A DNA stretch of 64,000 bases. It comes from a virus. The position numbers were made by a program, and so were the translations under genes. Positions 1 to 9,539 of the stretch are shown piece after piece. Numbering within the stretch: the first letter of the stretch is position 1; each line of letters starts with the position of its first letter. The stretch lies in IMG/VR virus record IMGVR_UViG_3300045988_098461, positions 1 to 64,000 of that record; one strand, 5' to 3'. The notes beneath the pieces are model-generated. The model did no database searches, was not told where the DNA came from, and saw nothing but the letters and a program-made list of their open reading frames with translations.

Positions 1-154
1 GCCTATTTAATAGTTTTTTTTGCATATTCACCATAAATATTTCAATATTTTTTTTGTATCAGTATGGTGTAGAATAACCTATTGATAACCAAATCGTTAC
101 GCTTTCTATTAAAATGCGTTTGCACGAAATTTGCATGTTTTACGTATTTTAACG

Positions 155-781
155 TTACTTTATGGTAATGCAACAGCGCACTCTGTACCATCCTCTAATA
201 TCAGAAACATCAATAGTAAAGTCTGCAAAATTAGGGTTTACGGAGCGGCATATGACCTTCGTATCATCACCCTTTGCTTGGAATACATTCTTAATGATAG
301 CTCCGTTTACTGTATCGAGCACATAGGTGTTGCCCCATTCAATGAAAGCCTTCTCGTTAATCTTCTGCACAAGAACCTTACTACCGCTTGGGTACTCTGG
401 CGACATACTATCCCCCGTGACTGTGATTGCCATCGAAATATTCTCAATAGGAGAAATCATCATTTCGCAATCATGCTTCTTTATCTGATACTCGAAATTG
501 TTTGGTGTACCACCTTGCGCTGCAACGGGAAGAAGCGGTACTTTATAGAATTTGCCTTCCTCCTGTAGCTTATCGGTGTTAGTCATAAAACCCTCACCCG
601 TTTCTAACCAATCAGCATTAATATCAGGGAAGACCTCTGAAACAGCTCTCTTTGTCTTCAATGATAATTTATCTGTATTATAGAAATGACTGATGCTCAC
701 ACCAATCTTTTCCTGAAACTGAGCCATTGACATTCCCTTGTGCTCAGCCACCTTTTTTGCTCTTTCCAATAGTTCACCCAT
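155..781 (-). CDS. CI/LexA-type phage repressor (N-terminal HTH, C-terminal S24 peptidase)
   Basis: 208-aa ORF. HTH-like MSMAQFQEKIGVSISHFYN, then VTGDSMSPEYPSGSKVLV (S24 GDSM serine motif). Divergent from the early operon. Confidence 0.8.
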   Translation of the reverse strand: MGELLERAKKVAEHKGMSMAQFQEKIGVSISHFYNTDKLSLKTKRAVSEVFPDINADWLETGEGFMTNTDKLQEEGKFYKVPLLPVAAQGGTPNNFEYQIKKHDCEMMISPIENISMAITVTGDSMSPEYPSGSKVLVQKINEKAFIEWGNTYVLDTVNGAIIKNVFQAKGDDTKVICRSVNPNFADFTIDVSDIRGWYRVRCCITIK

Positions 782-934
782 ACGTTTATATTAATTATTA
801 TTAAAATATTAATAGAAAATAATAGTATCTCAATTTTTTTTATTAATTTTGCGGTGTAATTATAAAACACCGATATATTTCGGATGCAAAGATAATAATT
901 TAATATTAATTTCTATATAAATTTATAGTTAAAT
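782..934. promoter_or_regulatory. Divergent lysogeny-switch region with face-to-face promoters
   Basis: TAATTTTG at 844-851 (+). TATCTTTG on the minus strand at 887-894. Between them, inverted repeats CGGTGT-N9-ACACCG (852-872) and CCGA-N6-TCGG (870-883). TATTA-N6-TAATA at 799-814. Confidence 0.55.
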
Positions 935-1132
935 ATGGTTATTAAATCTCAAAAAGAAAAAGAAAGCTTGGTAGTTCAATCAGTTGAGAACTACATGAAG
1001 CAGGGCTTCAAGAAGTCTGAGGCTGTGCGGCGGACAATGAGTGACTTCAAATATGCGTGTGAGGCTAGCATCTATGGCATCCTCAAACGCAACAAGGAGA
1101 AAGGAGGTAATGATGATAAACGAACCGCCTGA
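935..1132 (+). CDS. small early protein in Cro position (hypothetical)
   Basis: 65-aa ORF, first gene divergent from the repressor. Basic, helix-rich. No motif recognised. Confidence 0.35.
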   Translation: MVIKSQKEKESLVVQSVENYMKQGFKKSEAVRRTMSDFKYACEASIYGILKRNKEKGGNDDKRTA

Positions 1133-1310
1133 TGTAAAACCGAAAGGTAGATATTCGGTTAAGGAGACTGCTGAAAAGTTACGAGTTAGTGCAAACACTA
1201 TCTATCGTTACATCAAGGGTGGATTCCTAAAGAGTATTGTAAGACCGAATGGGCAAGTTGCTATCGCAGGGTCAGAGATTACTCGATTTTGGGGTGGCGA
1301 GTATATATAA
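1110..1310 (+). CDS. HTH DNA-binding protein (excisionase/MerR-like HTH type)
   Basis: ATG at 1110 preceded by AAGGAGG. YSVKETAEKLRVSANTIYRYIKGG is a typical HTH_17-like motif. Confidence 0.6.
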   Translation: MMINEPPDVKPKGRYSVKETAEKLRVSANTIYRYIKGGFLKSIVRPNGQVAIAGSEITRFWGGEYI

Positions 1311-1329
1311 TATATAATAAGGTGTAAAT

Positions 1330-1707
1330 ATGGAAAAGGAGATACAAGAAGCAATCACATTATTAGAATCCCAAGGTTACGAGATTATCCCACCACAATC
1401 TATCTCTGTTATAAATGAAGAGTTTGAAAAATGGTGGAAGATGTATGGTAAGTGTGTCGGTAAGCAGAAATGCTTAAAAAAGTGGATGCACATGACTAAG
1501 AAGGATAGAGCCGCTTGTATGGCAGCTACGCCACGATATGTTGCATCAATCACTCAGAAAGTATATCAAAAACACCCTCTTACTTATCTTAATTCCCGTG
1601 CTTGGGAGGATGAAATATATTCTGAGTATGACGAAGTACAGCAACAACAGCAGCGAACAGAGCTTAATTTCGCAAGAACAGCAGCAGAGGTCTTTAACGC
1701 TGATTAA
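1330..1707 (+). CDS. conserved phage early protein (hypothetical)
   Basis: 125-aa ORF. The FEKWWKMYGK...LNSRAWEDE pattern recurs in phage replication-region proteins. Confidence 0.5.
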   Translation: MEKEIQEAITLLESQGYEIIPPQSISVINEEFEKWWKMYGKCVGKQKCLKKWMHMTKKDRAACMAATPRYVASITQKVYQKHPLTYLNSRAWEDEIYSEYDEVQQQQQRTELNFARTAAEVFNAD

Positions 1708-2275
1708 TTTCGAAGAGTGGGTAGAAACCAATTATCCTTTAATCAGTAAGCGAAAAGAGCCAGTATATTCACTAACTTCTGCTCTTAAAGATACCAATAC
1801 ATTAGCATCTTTAGATAATGATTATGGAGAAGGGTTCGCTCTAAAATGGGTAAAAGCTCAGTTATTAGATACCTTTAGACTTCTCGGTGCTGGTAGTTCT
1901 GTTAATAGTCTTCAAATTGTCTTCATGGCAAGACGAATAAGAAGTATCTATTATTATCTATCTCCTAGCGAACTTACCTACTTTTTGGAATCATTGGTAG
2001 GTGGAGGATATGGAAAGATATATGTAGGTAATACTATCAATCCTCAGAACCTTATGGAGGCATTACAGAAGTTCGATTCCGAAAGAGCACAGATGTTATC
2101 ACAGATGGAATCCGATGCTAATAAGGAGCGAAAAAAGAACGTAAAGGCTGATATTAATGCTGTTAATGCTATCTGTAATAAGATACGCAAGGAATTGACT
2201 ATTAAGCTTATGGGTTCTAGGGCTGGAAATGAATACAAATCGTTTAACGTTAATAAAAACAACAATGAAAATTGA
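1628..2275 (+). CDS. hypothetical protein
   Basis: Start chosen at ATG 1628 within track ORF 1538..2275; overlaps the previous gene. Start uncertain. Confidence 0.4.
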   Translation: MTKYSNNSSEQSLISQEQQQRSLTLINFEEWVETNYPLISKRKEPVYSLTSALKDTNTLASLDNDYGEGFALKWVKAQLLDTFRLLGAGSSVNSLQIVFMARRIRSIYYYLSPSELTYFLESLVGGGYGKIYVGNTINPQNLMEALQKFDSERAQMLSQMESDANKERKKNVKADINAVNAICNKIRKELTIKLMGSRAGNEYKSFNVNKNNNEN

Positions 2276-4193
2276 AATCAAATCAATGACTTTACAGAAC
2301 TTCAAGAAGGTTCGGAGTCAAGAAATTAATTTTAGCCACAATATGGTTATTAGTGGCGCAAATAAGGTAGGTAAGACAACTATCTATGATGCCTATCTTT
2401 GGACAATCTTCGGCGTTATCAGCAAGAAGAATGCCACCGTACAACCTCTTGATATTAATAATGATGTTATTCATCATCTTGAAACCTCTGTCACTGTAGT
2501 ACTTAACTATAATGATGAGCGAGAGATTAAGGTACAGCGTATTCTTTCTGAGAATTGGAAGAATAAGGGTACAGCAGATGAGAAGTTGCAAAGTACTACA
2601 CAGGATAGACTTATCGATGACGTTCCTCTTTCACAGAAAGATTTCAACGCCAAACTTGAAGAACTTTGTCCGTTCAATAAATGGCTCGTACTGTCTAATA
2701 TCAACATCTTTATGTCCTATAAGGTTGATGACCGCCGTAAAATGCTTATGTCGCTGGCAGGCAAAATCAATGAAGAAGAATTGATGAAGCCTTATCCTAT
2801 GGTGTATAAGGGCGTAATTGAAGAGAAGAAAGAACTCTCCGATATGCTTACACAGCAGAAGGCAACAAAGAAGAAAGCGGAAGAGGAGTTAGATTTGATA
2901 CCTGTAAAGGTTCAGGCACAAGAGGCTTTTAGAGTTGATGCCGATTTTACTGCTCTCAAAGCGCAGAAGGTAAAGATTGATGCTGATATTGCTGCTATAG
3001 ATGCGGCATTGGAGGGAACGACTGAGAAAGACCCTGCTATGGAAGAGTACCTCAATAAGTTGCAAGCGCATAACGTAAAGGTTGCGAATGCACAGAAGGT
3101 ATGGCAAGATGCTAAGATTAAGGCGATTGATGAGCTTACGAAGAAGATTTCTACGGCTTCAACGAAACTCAATGACGCTAAATCTGCATATACTACAAAT
3201 ATGGAGACCAATACAAAATACAAGGTTTCCTTGGCAGAGGTCACTATTAATTTCAATAACAAGATTAAAGAGTGGAATGATGCTAACGAAAAGAAATTTA
3301 ACTATAAGCAAACAGATGTTTGTCCAGTTTGTGGTCGTCCTTATACGGACGAAATGAAGGCAAAAGAATATGATAACGCCGTTGCCGAGTTCAATAAGAA
3401 TAAGTCTGATGAACTCACGAAAATACAGAATGAGGCTGCTCAGATTAAGCAACAGATGAATGTCCTCAAAGGTAATATTAATACCTATGAGCAGATTACC
3501 AAAGCACAAGATGAGGATAAGGTAAAGAATGCCCAATCTGAGTATCAGAAGTTAATTAACGAGCGTACAGAGAAGCAGAACCAAACTTGGGAAGCTGCTG
3601 CGGAAAAGGTGGTCTTTGATAAAGACCTCGCCGATATTGAAGCAAGTAAGCCTGTTGTGAAGGTTGATGCTACAATCGAAGAGAATAAGGAGAAAAAGAA
3701 GACCCTTACTTCTCAGCGTGATGTATTGGTTAATCAAATCGCAGGTGAGGAGACTAATAAGCGTATTGATACAGAGAAAGAAAAGCTCAATCATCGCTCT
3801 GTTGAGTTATCTCAGATTATTGCTGATTGTGGTGAAGTTATTAGCCAAATCAAAGCTTACAAGAAGGCAAAGATTAATCTTGTTGAGCAAAAGGTAAATT
3901 CATACTTCTCACTCATTCGTTGGAAGTTCTATGAGCAGAATAAGACCAATGACGATGAGAAGGAAATCTGCACCGCTATTGATAAGGATGGTATTGACTA
4001 CGATAATACGAATGATGGAACTGTTATTGATATGGGCGTTGATATTATCAGCGGTATATCTAAGGCTTCAAATATCTTCGTACCTTTGTTCGTTGACCGC
4101 AAGGAATCAGCAGAACACATCGTGCCCGTTGAACAGCAGATTATCTACTTGCAATGCATCTACGATCAGCCTTTGGAGATTAAATCAATTTAA
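2265..4193 (+). CDS. SbcC/Rad50-like AAA ATPase with long coiled coil and CxxC hook
   Basis: MKIEIKSMTLQNFKK start, Walker A GANKVGKTT, about 400 aa of coiled coil with central CPVCGRPY, C-terminal FVDRKES. Confidence 0.7.
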   Translation: MKIEIKSMTLQNFKKVRSQEINFSHNMVISGANKVGKTTIYDAYLWTIFGVISKKNATVQPLDINNDVIHHLETSVTVVLNYNDEREIKVQRILSENWKNKGTADEKLQSTTQDRLIDDVPLSQKDFNAKLEELCPFNKWLVLSNINIFMSYKVDDRRKMLMSLAGKINEEELMKPYPMVYKGVIEEKKELSDMLTQQKATKKKAEEELDLIPVKVQAQEAFRVDADFTALKAQKVKIDADIAAIDAALEGTTEKDPAMEEYLNKLQAHNVKVANAQKVWQDAKIKAIDELTKKISTASTKLNDAKSAYTTNMETNTKYKVSLAEVTINFNNKIKEWNDANEKKFNYKQTDVCPVCGRPYTDEMKAKEYDNAVAEFNKNKSDELTKIQNEAAQIKQQMNVLKGNINTYEQITKAQDEDKVKNAQSEYQKLINERTEKQNQTWEAAAEKVVFDKDLADIEASKPVVKVDATIEENKEKKKTLTSQRDVLVNQIAGEETNKRIDTEKEKLNHRSVELSQIIADCGEVISQIKAYKKAKINLVEQKVNSYFSLIRWKFYEQNKTNDDEKEICTAIDKDGIDYDNTNDGTVIDMGVDIISGISKASNIFVPLFVDRKESAEHIVPVEQQIIYLQCIYDQPLEIKSI

Positions 4194-4213
4194 TAACTTT
4201 ATAAATATAAATT

Positions 4214-5044
4214 ATGGCAGAAAATGGTATCGTGGTTTCACAGCCACAAGTTAGCGGACTTAATATGTTCGCAAATCAAGAAAGTTTTAATACTGGCTAT
4301 AAGATGGCGCAGATTTTGTCTGCATCCACAATTATTCCTGATACATTTAAAGGGAACGTAGGTAATGTAATGATTGCTATTGATTTAGCACAGCGCATTC
4401 ACACAAATCCACTTATGATTATGCAAAATATGTCGGTAATTTATGGTATGCCTTCTTTCTCCGCTAAATTCCTTATTGCTTGTATCAATGCAAGTGGATT
4501 GTTCGCAACACCTCTTCGCTATGAATTTGTTGGTGAGCAAGGAAAAGACGATTGGGGCTGCTATGCCTATGCAATAGATAAGCAAGGCGAAGTACTTAAA
4601 GGTTCTACTGTTACCATTCGCCAGGCAAAAATAAAAGGGTGGTATGATAAAAAAGGTAGCAACTGGCAAGCTGACCCAGAGCAGATGCTTCGTTATCGTG
4701 CTGCTACAAGATTTCAGAACGCCTATTGCCCAGAGATTACTTGCGGTCTTGCTGTTAAGGAAGACTTGGAGGATGGCGATTATACTGAGGTTACCGCTAA
4801 TAACGTTGAGCAGCTTTCTGCCGAAGAGAAGCTCGCACAAGCTCAGCAGCAAGAGGAACAGCAAGCCAATACTCAGTCGCTCGATATGAATAACGGCGAG
4901 AATAAGGAAGAAAATAAGGCTGCTAATAATTCCTCAAGCGAAGAGCAGAAAACCGCTCAGACCGCAGAAAATGCGGCTCAAACAAAGCCTAAGGCAAAAC
5001 CGATGGGTAAGCAGGAAATGCCTGATATGTTTAAGCAGCAGTAA
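4214..5044 (+). CDS. RecT-like single-strand annealing protein
   Basis: 276 aa. RecT-like core (GWYDKKGSNWQADPEQMLRYRAATRF) and a Q/E-rich tail. Sits between the ATPase and a putative nuclease. Confidence 0.6.
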   Translation: MAENGIVVSQPQVSGLNMFANQESFNTGYKMAQILSASTIIPDTFKGNVGNVMIAIDLAQRIHTNPLMIMQNMSVIYGMPSFSAKFLIACINASGLFATPLRYEFVGEQGKDDWGCYAYAIDKQGEVLKGSTVTIRQAKIKGWYDKKGSNWQADPEQMLRYRAATRFQNAYCPEITCGLAVKEDLEDGDYTEVTANNVEQLSAEEKLAQAQQQEEQQANTQSLDMNNGENKEENKAANNSSSEEQKTAQTAENAAQTKPKAKPMGKQEMPDMFKQQ

Positions 5045-5099
5045 AATGACGGATAGGAGAGGGAGAAATCTCTCTCCTATATATAAAAAGGTATAGAAT

Positions 5100-5834
5100 A
5101 TGCAATTAATTACATTAGGTAGTGGAAGCTCTGGTAATGGGTATATCCTACAGAATGATGATGAAGCACTTATCATAGAATGTGGAATGCCCTTAAAAGA
5201 TGCCGTAGAAGCACTTGGAGGAAATCTCAAAAAGGTTGTCGGTTGCTTGATTACTCATAGCCACGGCGACCACGCAGGGTTTATTCTTCAGTATGCACGA
5301 CCTTTCAATATCTTTGCAACCAAAGGTACTTTGGAAGAAAAGAAGATTAAGGAAGGTGATTTTCATTACAATGCCATACCGATGCTTAAAGAGTTTCGTA
5401 TTGGTAACTTCGTTATAAAAGCTTTCGATACAGTTCACGACACCAAAGAGCCTTGCGGCTTTATCATTTATCATCCCGATATGGGAGATATGCTTTTTCT
5501 CACGGATAGCCATCATATCAAATATAAGCTATCGTTTCCGCTTGACTATATCCTTATCGAATGCAATCACATGGATTCTTTGGTTGATAAGAGTGTGAGA
5601 GAGGGTATTATTCCTAAGAAGATTGGCATTAGAGCAAAAGCTACTCACATGAGCTTGGAAAGATGTCTGAACTGCCTTAAAGAGAATAAATTGGAAAGAA
5701 CGAAAGCGATAGTGCTTATTCACATGAGTGCAAACAACGGCGATGCCGTATTATTCTCTTCTGAGGTAGCGAAAGCCACGGGCAAGGCGGTTCACGTTGC
5801 GAAGAAAGGATTCTCATTGGAGCTGATAAAATGA
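5100..5834 (+). CDS. MBL-fold metallo-hydrolase (candidate recombination nuclease)
   Basis: ITHSHGDHAG (HxHxDH motif) near the N-terminus. 244 aa. Confidence 0.8.
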   Translation: MQLITLGSGSSGNGYILQNDDEALIIECGMPLKDAVEALGGNLKKVVGCLITHSHGDHAGFILQYARPFNIFATKGTLEEKKIKEGDFHYNAIPMLKEFRIGNFVIKAFDTVHDTKEPCGFIIYHPDMGDMLFLTDSHHIKYKLSFPLDYILIECNHMDSLVDKSVREGIIPKKIGIRAKATHMSLERCLNCLKENKLERTKAIVLIHMSANNGDAVLFSSEVAKATGKAVHVAKKGFSLELIK

Positions 5835-5962
5835 AAACTCTTGAAGAAATGTCGTATTTACATATCATAAAGCAGTTAGAAGAGGAAGTAAGAAAGCTTA
5901 CCGATGAAAATAAGTTATTGCGTGAATCAATAAAACGTTATTTATATGAAAAAAGAGAATGA
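5831..5962 (+). CDS. small coiled-coil protein (hypothetical)
   Basis: 43-aa ORF below the track cutoff. ATGA overlap with the upstream stop. Confidence 0.3.
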   Translation: MKTLEEMSYLHIIKQLEEEVRKLTDENKLLRESIKRYLYEKRE

Positions 5963-6086
5963 AGAGCCTTGTTGCGGTAATTGCGTTTCATTTACTAACG
6001 AAAGTGTTTATGGTGATGGCTTTTGCTGCGATAAAGAAGAATGTACAGATTGTGGAAAATGGTGTAATAAACATAAATACAGATAA
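5946..6086 (+). CDS. small Cys-rich (zinc-ribbon-like) protein
   Basis: 46-aa ORF MKKENEEPCCGNCVSF...CCDKEECTDCGKWC; fills a gap. Confidence 0.3.
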   Translation: MKKENEEPCCGNCVSFTNESVYGDGFCCDKEECTDCGKWCNKHKYR

Positions 6087-6145
6087 TTATGGTAATAGAA
6101 GGAAAATAAGTTAAAGAATGGGTTGAACGTGCCTATAACAATGCC

Positions 6146-6682
6146 GTGAAACACGGATGGCACGAAGAGAAGAAGCCTACGGCACACTGGGTTATGATGA
6201 TTAGCACAGAGGTTACGGAAGCCGTTCAAGCTGACCGCAAGGGGCGTTGGATGGATGACCTTGATAAAAGTGGACTTGATTGCGTTATCGCTAACGACCA
6301 CCACGGAGGTTTGCTTGAAAAGTTCTACGGCGAACATATTGAGGGAACTGTTGAAAGCGAATTGGCAGACATCTGCATTCGTTTATTTGACCTTATGGGG
6401 TTGAAAAACGTGAAGTGTAGAACGGAATATACAACCGATGAAGAAAATGTAGAACTCTGTGAAACAAGAGATTTTACAGTTAATGCGTACTTCATTTCAA
6501 GAGGTATCTTAAACTTTACAACCTCTGATAATCCTTTGCTCTGTGAAGCTTATTTTAATGATATAATCGTTGCTACCTTTGAATGGGCAGAATCACTAGG
6601 TATCGACCTCGTACAGCACATTAATCTAAAGATGCGCTATAATGAGACCCGTGAGTATCATCACGGAGGCAAGAAGTACTAA
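6146..6682 (+). CDS. MazG-like nucleotide pyrophosphohydrolase (N-terminus unresolved)
   Basis: HGWHEE...MMISTEVTEAVQADRKGR resembles the MazG-like helix pair. The conserved-looking upstream helix lies beyond an in-frame TAA (see findings). Confidence 0.5.
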   Translation: MKHGWHEEKKPTAHWVMMISTEVTEAVQADRKGRWMDDLDKSGLDCVIANDHHGGLLEKFYGEHIEGTVESELADICIRLFDLMGLKNVKCRTEYTTDEENVELCETRDFTVNAYFISRGILNFTTSDNPLLCEAYFNDIIVATFEWAESLGIDLVQHINLKMRYNETREYHHGGKKY

Positions 6683-6689
6683 AAAAAAT

Positions 6690-6720
6690 AAGGCGGCTGC
6701 TCATCACGAGTAACCGCCTT
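6690..6720. terminator. bidirectional intrinsic terminator
   Basis: AAGGCGG...CCGCCTT hairpin flanked by an A-run and a T-run, between convergent genes. Confidence 0.6.
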
Positions 6721-6786
6721 TGTTATCCAACAATCTTATAACCAAAAAACTAAAACCTATAAATATTAGTAACTATTGAAAATGTC

Positions 6787-7368
6787 TTATCTTTTTCTAT
6801 TTTTATATATTGCCAAAAATATCATACCTACCATGAAGAGAAACACGAATACCGCCGTAACCTTACCTAATCGATAGAATACAGCATCTATTTTATTCAT
6901 CGGCTTCTCTATATACACGGGATATGGAACAGAATCTTGTTTAGCTTTATCTAAGGAATCGATTTTGAGTCGATACTTGCTTAGACTATCCTTATATGAT
7001 TTATAATAAGAAATACTATCTCTGAGCTTCTGTACGAATACCTCTGTATAGTTATGGCTCTCGTAGTGATATTTGGCTTGTCTGAGAATATTACCATCTT
7101 TATCAACCATTGTAGAAGTGCTATCTCTAATATGGTTTGTTTCAGACTTGCTATTTTCTTTTAGCTCACTTTGAGTTCTCTGATAGAGTTCAAAGGTCGC
7201 TGAAAGTCTAGCATTAAATATCGAATCCCAATGTGACTGCTTATCGCTGATATAAGTCTGTCGGGTAACCACCTTCGGGGTAGCCGTACACCCGATAACT
7301 ATCTGCGTCGTAAGAAACAGAAGCATTGAAATTGATAAACAATAAAACAAATCTTTAACCCATTTCAT
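6787..7368 (-). CDS. unimolecular spanin-like protein (N-terminal lipobox, C-terminal TMD)
   Basis: Signal plus lipobox LFLTTQIVIGC, C-terminal TM VTAVFVFLFMVGMIFLAIY followed by KNRKR. Immediately downstream of the endolysin. Confidence 0.5.
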   Translation of the reverse strand: MKWVKDLFYCLSISMLLFLTTQIVIGCTATPKVVTRQTYISDKQSHWDSIFNARLSATFELYQRTQSELKENSKSETNHIRDSTSTMVDKDGNILRQAKYHYESHNYTEVFVQKLRDSISYYKSYKDSLSKYRLKIDSLDKAKQDSVPYPVYIEKPMNKIDAVFYRLGKVTAVFVFLFMVGMIFLAIYKNRKR

Positions 7369-7372
7369 AAGC

Positions 7373-7921
7373 TTATATATTAAAGGCTCTCAAAGCTCTC
7401 TTCCAATATTTGGTTCTGCTCGCCAAGCCGTTTGTTCCACCATTGATTTTTTTTGTAACCGCTTCAATATCATTCTTGTCAGCTACGGCATTCAATCCTC
7501 TTGTCAGCCAATACCACATACCGCTCTTTACTGCTCCTCTCGGTTGTTCCAAGAGCTTTGGCGCAGCCACAACATTACCTTTGCAGTACTTTGAGTTCGT
7601 GTATGCTTGATAATTCGCCCTTCCTGTTAAATGCAAGAAGCCACGACCTTTATATCTGTAGCCGTCACCCTTTTGAGTATTGCCCAACATCTTTGCGAGC
7701 CTACCAACCTCATACTTATGGCAATAGTCAGCATTACCAATTTCTCGCATGTGTACCAACTCTGCGGTTTCGTGCGCCACTTGCGCAAGGAAATGTGCCA
7801 TGCGAAGTGGAGTATTTATATTAAAAGCATCTGCGTAATCGTTGATATAAGGAAGATATATATCAATCCTTTCTCCAGCTTTCGGCATGATGGCTTTCAT
7901 TTGTTCTTTTGTTACTTTCAT
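7373..7921 (-). CDS. GH19 (chitinase-like) endolysin
   Basis: FLAQVAHETAEL...YKGRGFLHLTGRANY...INGGTNGLASR matches the GH19/COG3179 phage lysin pattern. Confidence 0.85.
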   Translation of the reverse strand: MKVTKEQMKAIMPKAGERIDIYLPYINDYADAFNINTPLRMAHFLAQVAHETAELVHMREIGNADYCHKYEVGRLAKMLGNTQKGDGYRYKGRGFLHLTGRANYQAYTNSKYCKGNVVAAPKLLEQPRGAVKSGMWYWLTRGLNAVADKNDIEAVTKKINGGTNGLASRTKYWKRALRAFNI

Positions 7922-8463
7922 TTTTTATCCTCCGTTGCTTTAAATCCTTCTTCTAAGGCATCACCAACACCTTCACTCTTTGATTTAGCAAGAGCTACGA
8001 TAAAGGCTTTAATGAAGCCCTTTATTGTTTTCTTTTCTACCGCTACGCCACGAACAAACAAGAAATGTCCTACTATGCTCGGAATCTCTATTCTTACCGC
8101 AATAAATGCAGTAACAACCCATCCACCCCAAATATAATCAATATCAATCTGCGGCAATAAAGCTCTACCAAGAGATACACCTACCATTATATAGATAAGG
8201 TAGTCCACAAATTTATTTACAGTTCTGCGCCTTGCCCGTGATGCTCTGAACTCATATCTATCAGCAAGGAGAGGGCTCTTGCTTTCTAAAGCATTTTTAT
8301 GTCGAAGGCTACTTTCTTCACAACCAAAGCGATAGTCAGCAATGATAAGTAGAACGATAGCAATGAGCATCCATCGGGTATCGAGTAACATACAACTCAA
8401 CTCATCCCCGAATAGCATCATCCCTGCCGCTCTTGTACCCGTATTTCCTACTTGTCCTGCCAT
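7918..8463 (-). CDS. holin candidate (multi-TM membrane protein)
   Basis: Overlaps the endolysin start. Hydrophobic segments WMLIAIVLLIIADY, YLIYIMVGVSLG, WVVTAFIAV. ATG 8463 lies just downstream of the promoter box. Confidence 0.5.
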   Translation of the reverse strand: MAGQVGNTGTRAAGMMLFGDELSCMLLDTRWMLIAIVLLIIADYRFGCEESSLRHKNALESKSPLLADRYEFRASRARRRTVNKFVDYLIYIMVGVSLGRALLPQIDIDYIWGGWVVTAFIAVRIEIPSIVGHFLFVRGVAVEKKTIKGFIKAFIVALAKSKSEGVGDALEEGFKATEDKK

Positions 8464-8478
8464 ATTTTGTTTTTGATG

Positions 8479-8486
8479 CAAAGATA
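8479..8486 (-). promoter_or_regulatory. Bacteroidota -7 box (TATCTTTG) for the lysis operon
   Basis: Reverse complement reads TATCTTTG, about 16 nt upstream of ATG 8463. Confidence 0.5.
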
Positions 8487-8588
8487 GCTTTTAAAATTGA
8501 AAGACAAAAGAAAATAGATAATCGGGTGTAAACAAATAAAGAGGAACTTACCAAAAGCTCCTCTTTACAAATGATTCAAACAGTATAT

Positions 8589-9095
8589 CTACTTCAAAAA
8601 GTATTCTCTTATATTATATACGCCATCCTTATCTTTCAGTAGGTCAAGGGCTAATTTGTAGGCGTATTCTACAAGTTCTTCCTCATTTATATCAGAAAGA
8701 GATTTCTCGCCCTTTATTATGGCAATGGTCTCTCCGTGGTCGCTTATTACTTGATTCATGGCTATATACAGCGCATAATCATTGTAATATGGCTTATCCT
8801 CCATACATAAGCCCAACTTCTCCATTTCGTCCAACCATCCTTGCATATTCCAAGTTGCTTCGGGATTCATCTTACCGATAATATCCAAAGCCTCATTCTT
8901 GGTGAGATAGTTCTTCCATTTGATGGCGCAGAGCTTATCAAGATACTCTTGCGCCAACTCTGGGTGTTTGGCTGCCATATCCTGCATCATGCAACGCATG
9001 GTGTCTCCGAATGTGTGCATATACTTTACGTTGGTTGATGAAGCCATCATTCCATACAGCTCATCAAATTTACTCATAATCTCTTTTGCTTCCAT
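8589..9095 (-). CDS. hypothetical protein
   Basis: 168-aa ORF in a 4-gene minus-strand operon. Ends in TAG. Confidence 0.5.
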   Translation of the reverse strand: MEAKEIMSKFDELYGMMASSTNVKYMHTFGDTMRCMMQDMAAKHPELAQEYLDKLCAIKWKNYLTKNEALDIIGKMNPEATWNMQGWLDEMEKLGLCMEDKPYYNDYALYIAMNQVISDHGETIAIIKGEKSLSDINEEELVEYAYKLALDLLKDKDGVYNIREYFLK

Positions 9096-9107
9096 ATCTT
9101 ATATATT

Positions 9108-9539
9108 TTAACCTATTATCAAATCTTTCAACTCTACAAAATCCTCCTCTGTGAAGTTGATGCTTCGCTTGCTTCCAAAGAGGATAGCGGTTGCAATTCC
9201 ATCCGGCAGGTCAATAGACACAACGCCTTTATCGATATGTCCGTGAATAAAACCTACATCGAATTTGTAATCTTCCACGGATTTTAGCATCTGCATCATA
9301 TCTTCAAATATCGTGTTGGCATCTATGTTTCCGTTCTCATCGGCGATGAATAGGGTAGCGTTGTCTATCGATTTATCCCACTTATCCTTATTCTTGGATA
9401 TGATATTATGCGCCGCACGTTTCATATACACTGATGGTATGGCTAGCATCGGGTTAGCCTTAACCATATCGTCTATTCTTGCGTCTGCCCAAACGTCAAC
9501 CGATTCAAGCAGTTTCTCTTTAAGCTCTGTTACGTTCAT
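9108..9539 (-). CDS. hypothetical protein
   Basis: 143-aa ORF. ATGA overlap with the upstream gene. Confidence 0.5.
   Translation of the reverse strand: MNVTELKEKLLESVDVWADARIDDMVKANPMLAIPSVYMKRAAHNIISKNKDKWDKSIDNATLFIADENGNIDANTIFEDMMQMLKSVEDYKFDVGFIHGHIDKGVVSIDLPDGIATAILFGSKRSINFTEEDFVELKDLIIG

Noticed and set aside
1330-2275. Programmed +1 frameshift joining 1330..1707 to 1538..2275
   Set aside because: An ordinary ATG at 1628 can start the second ORF, and no slippery motif was noticed at the overlap.
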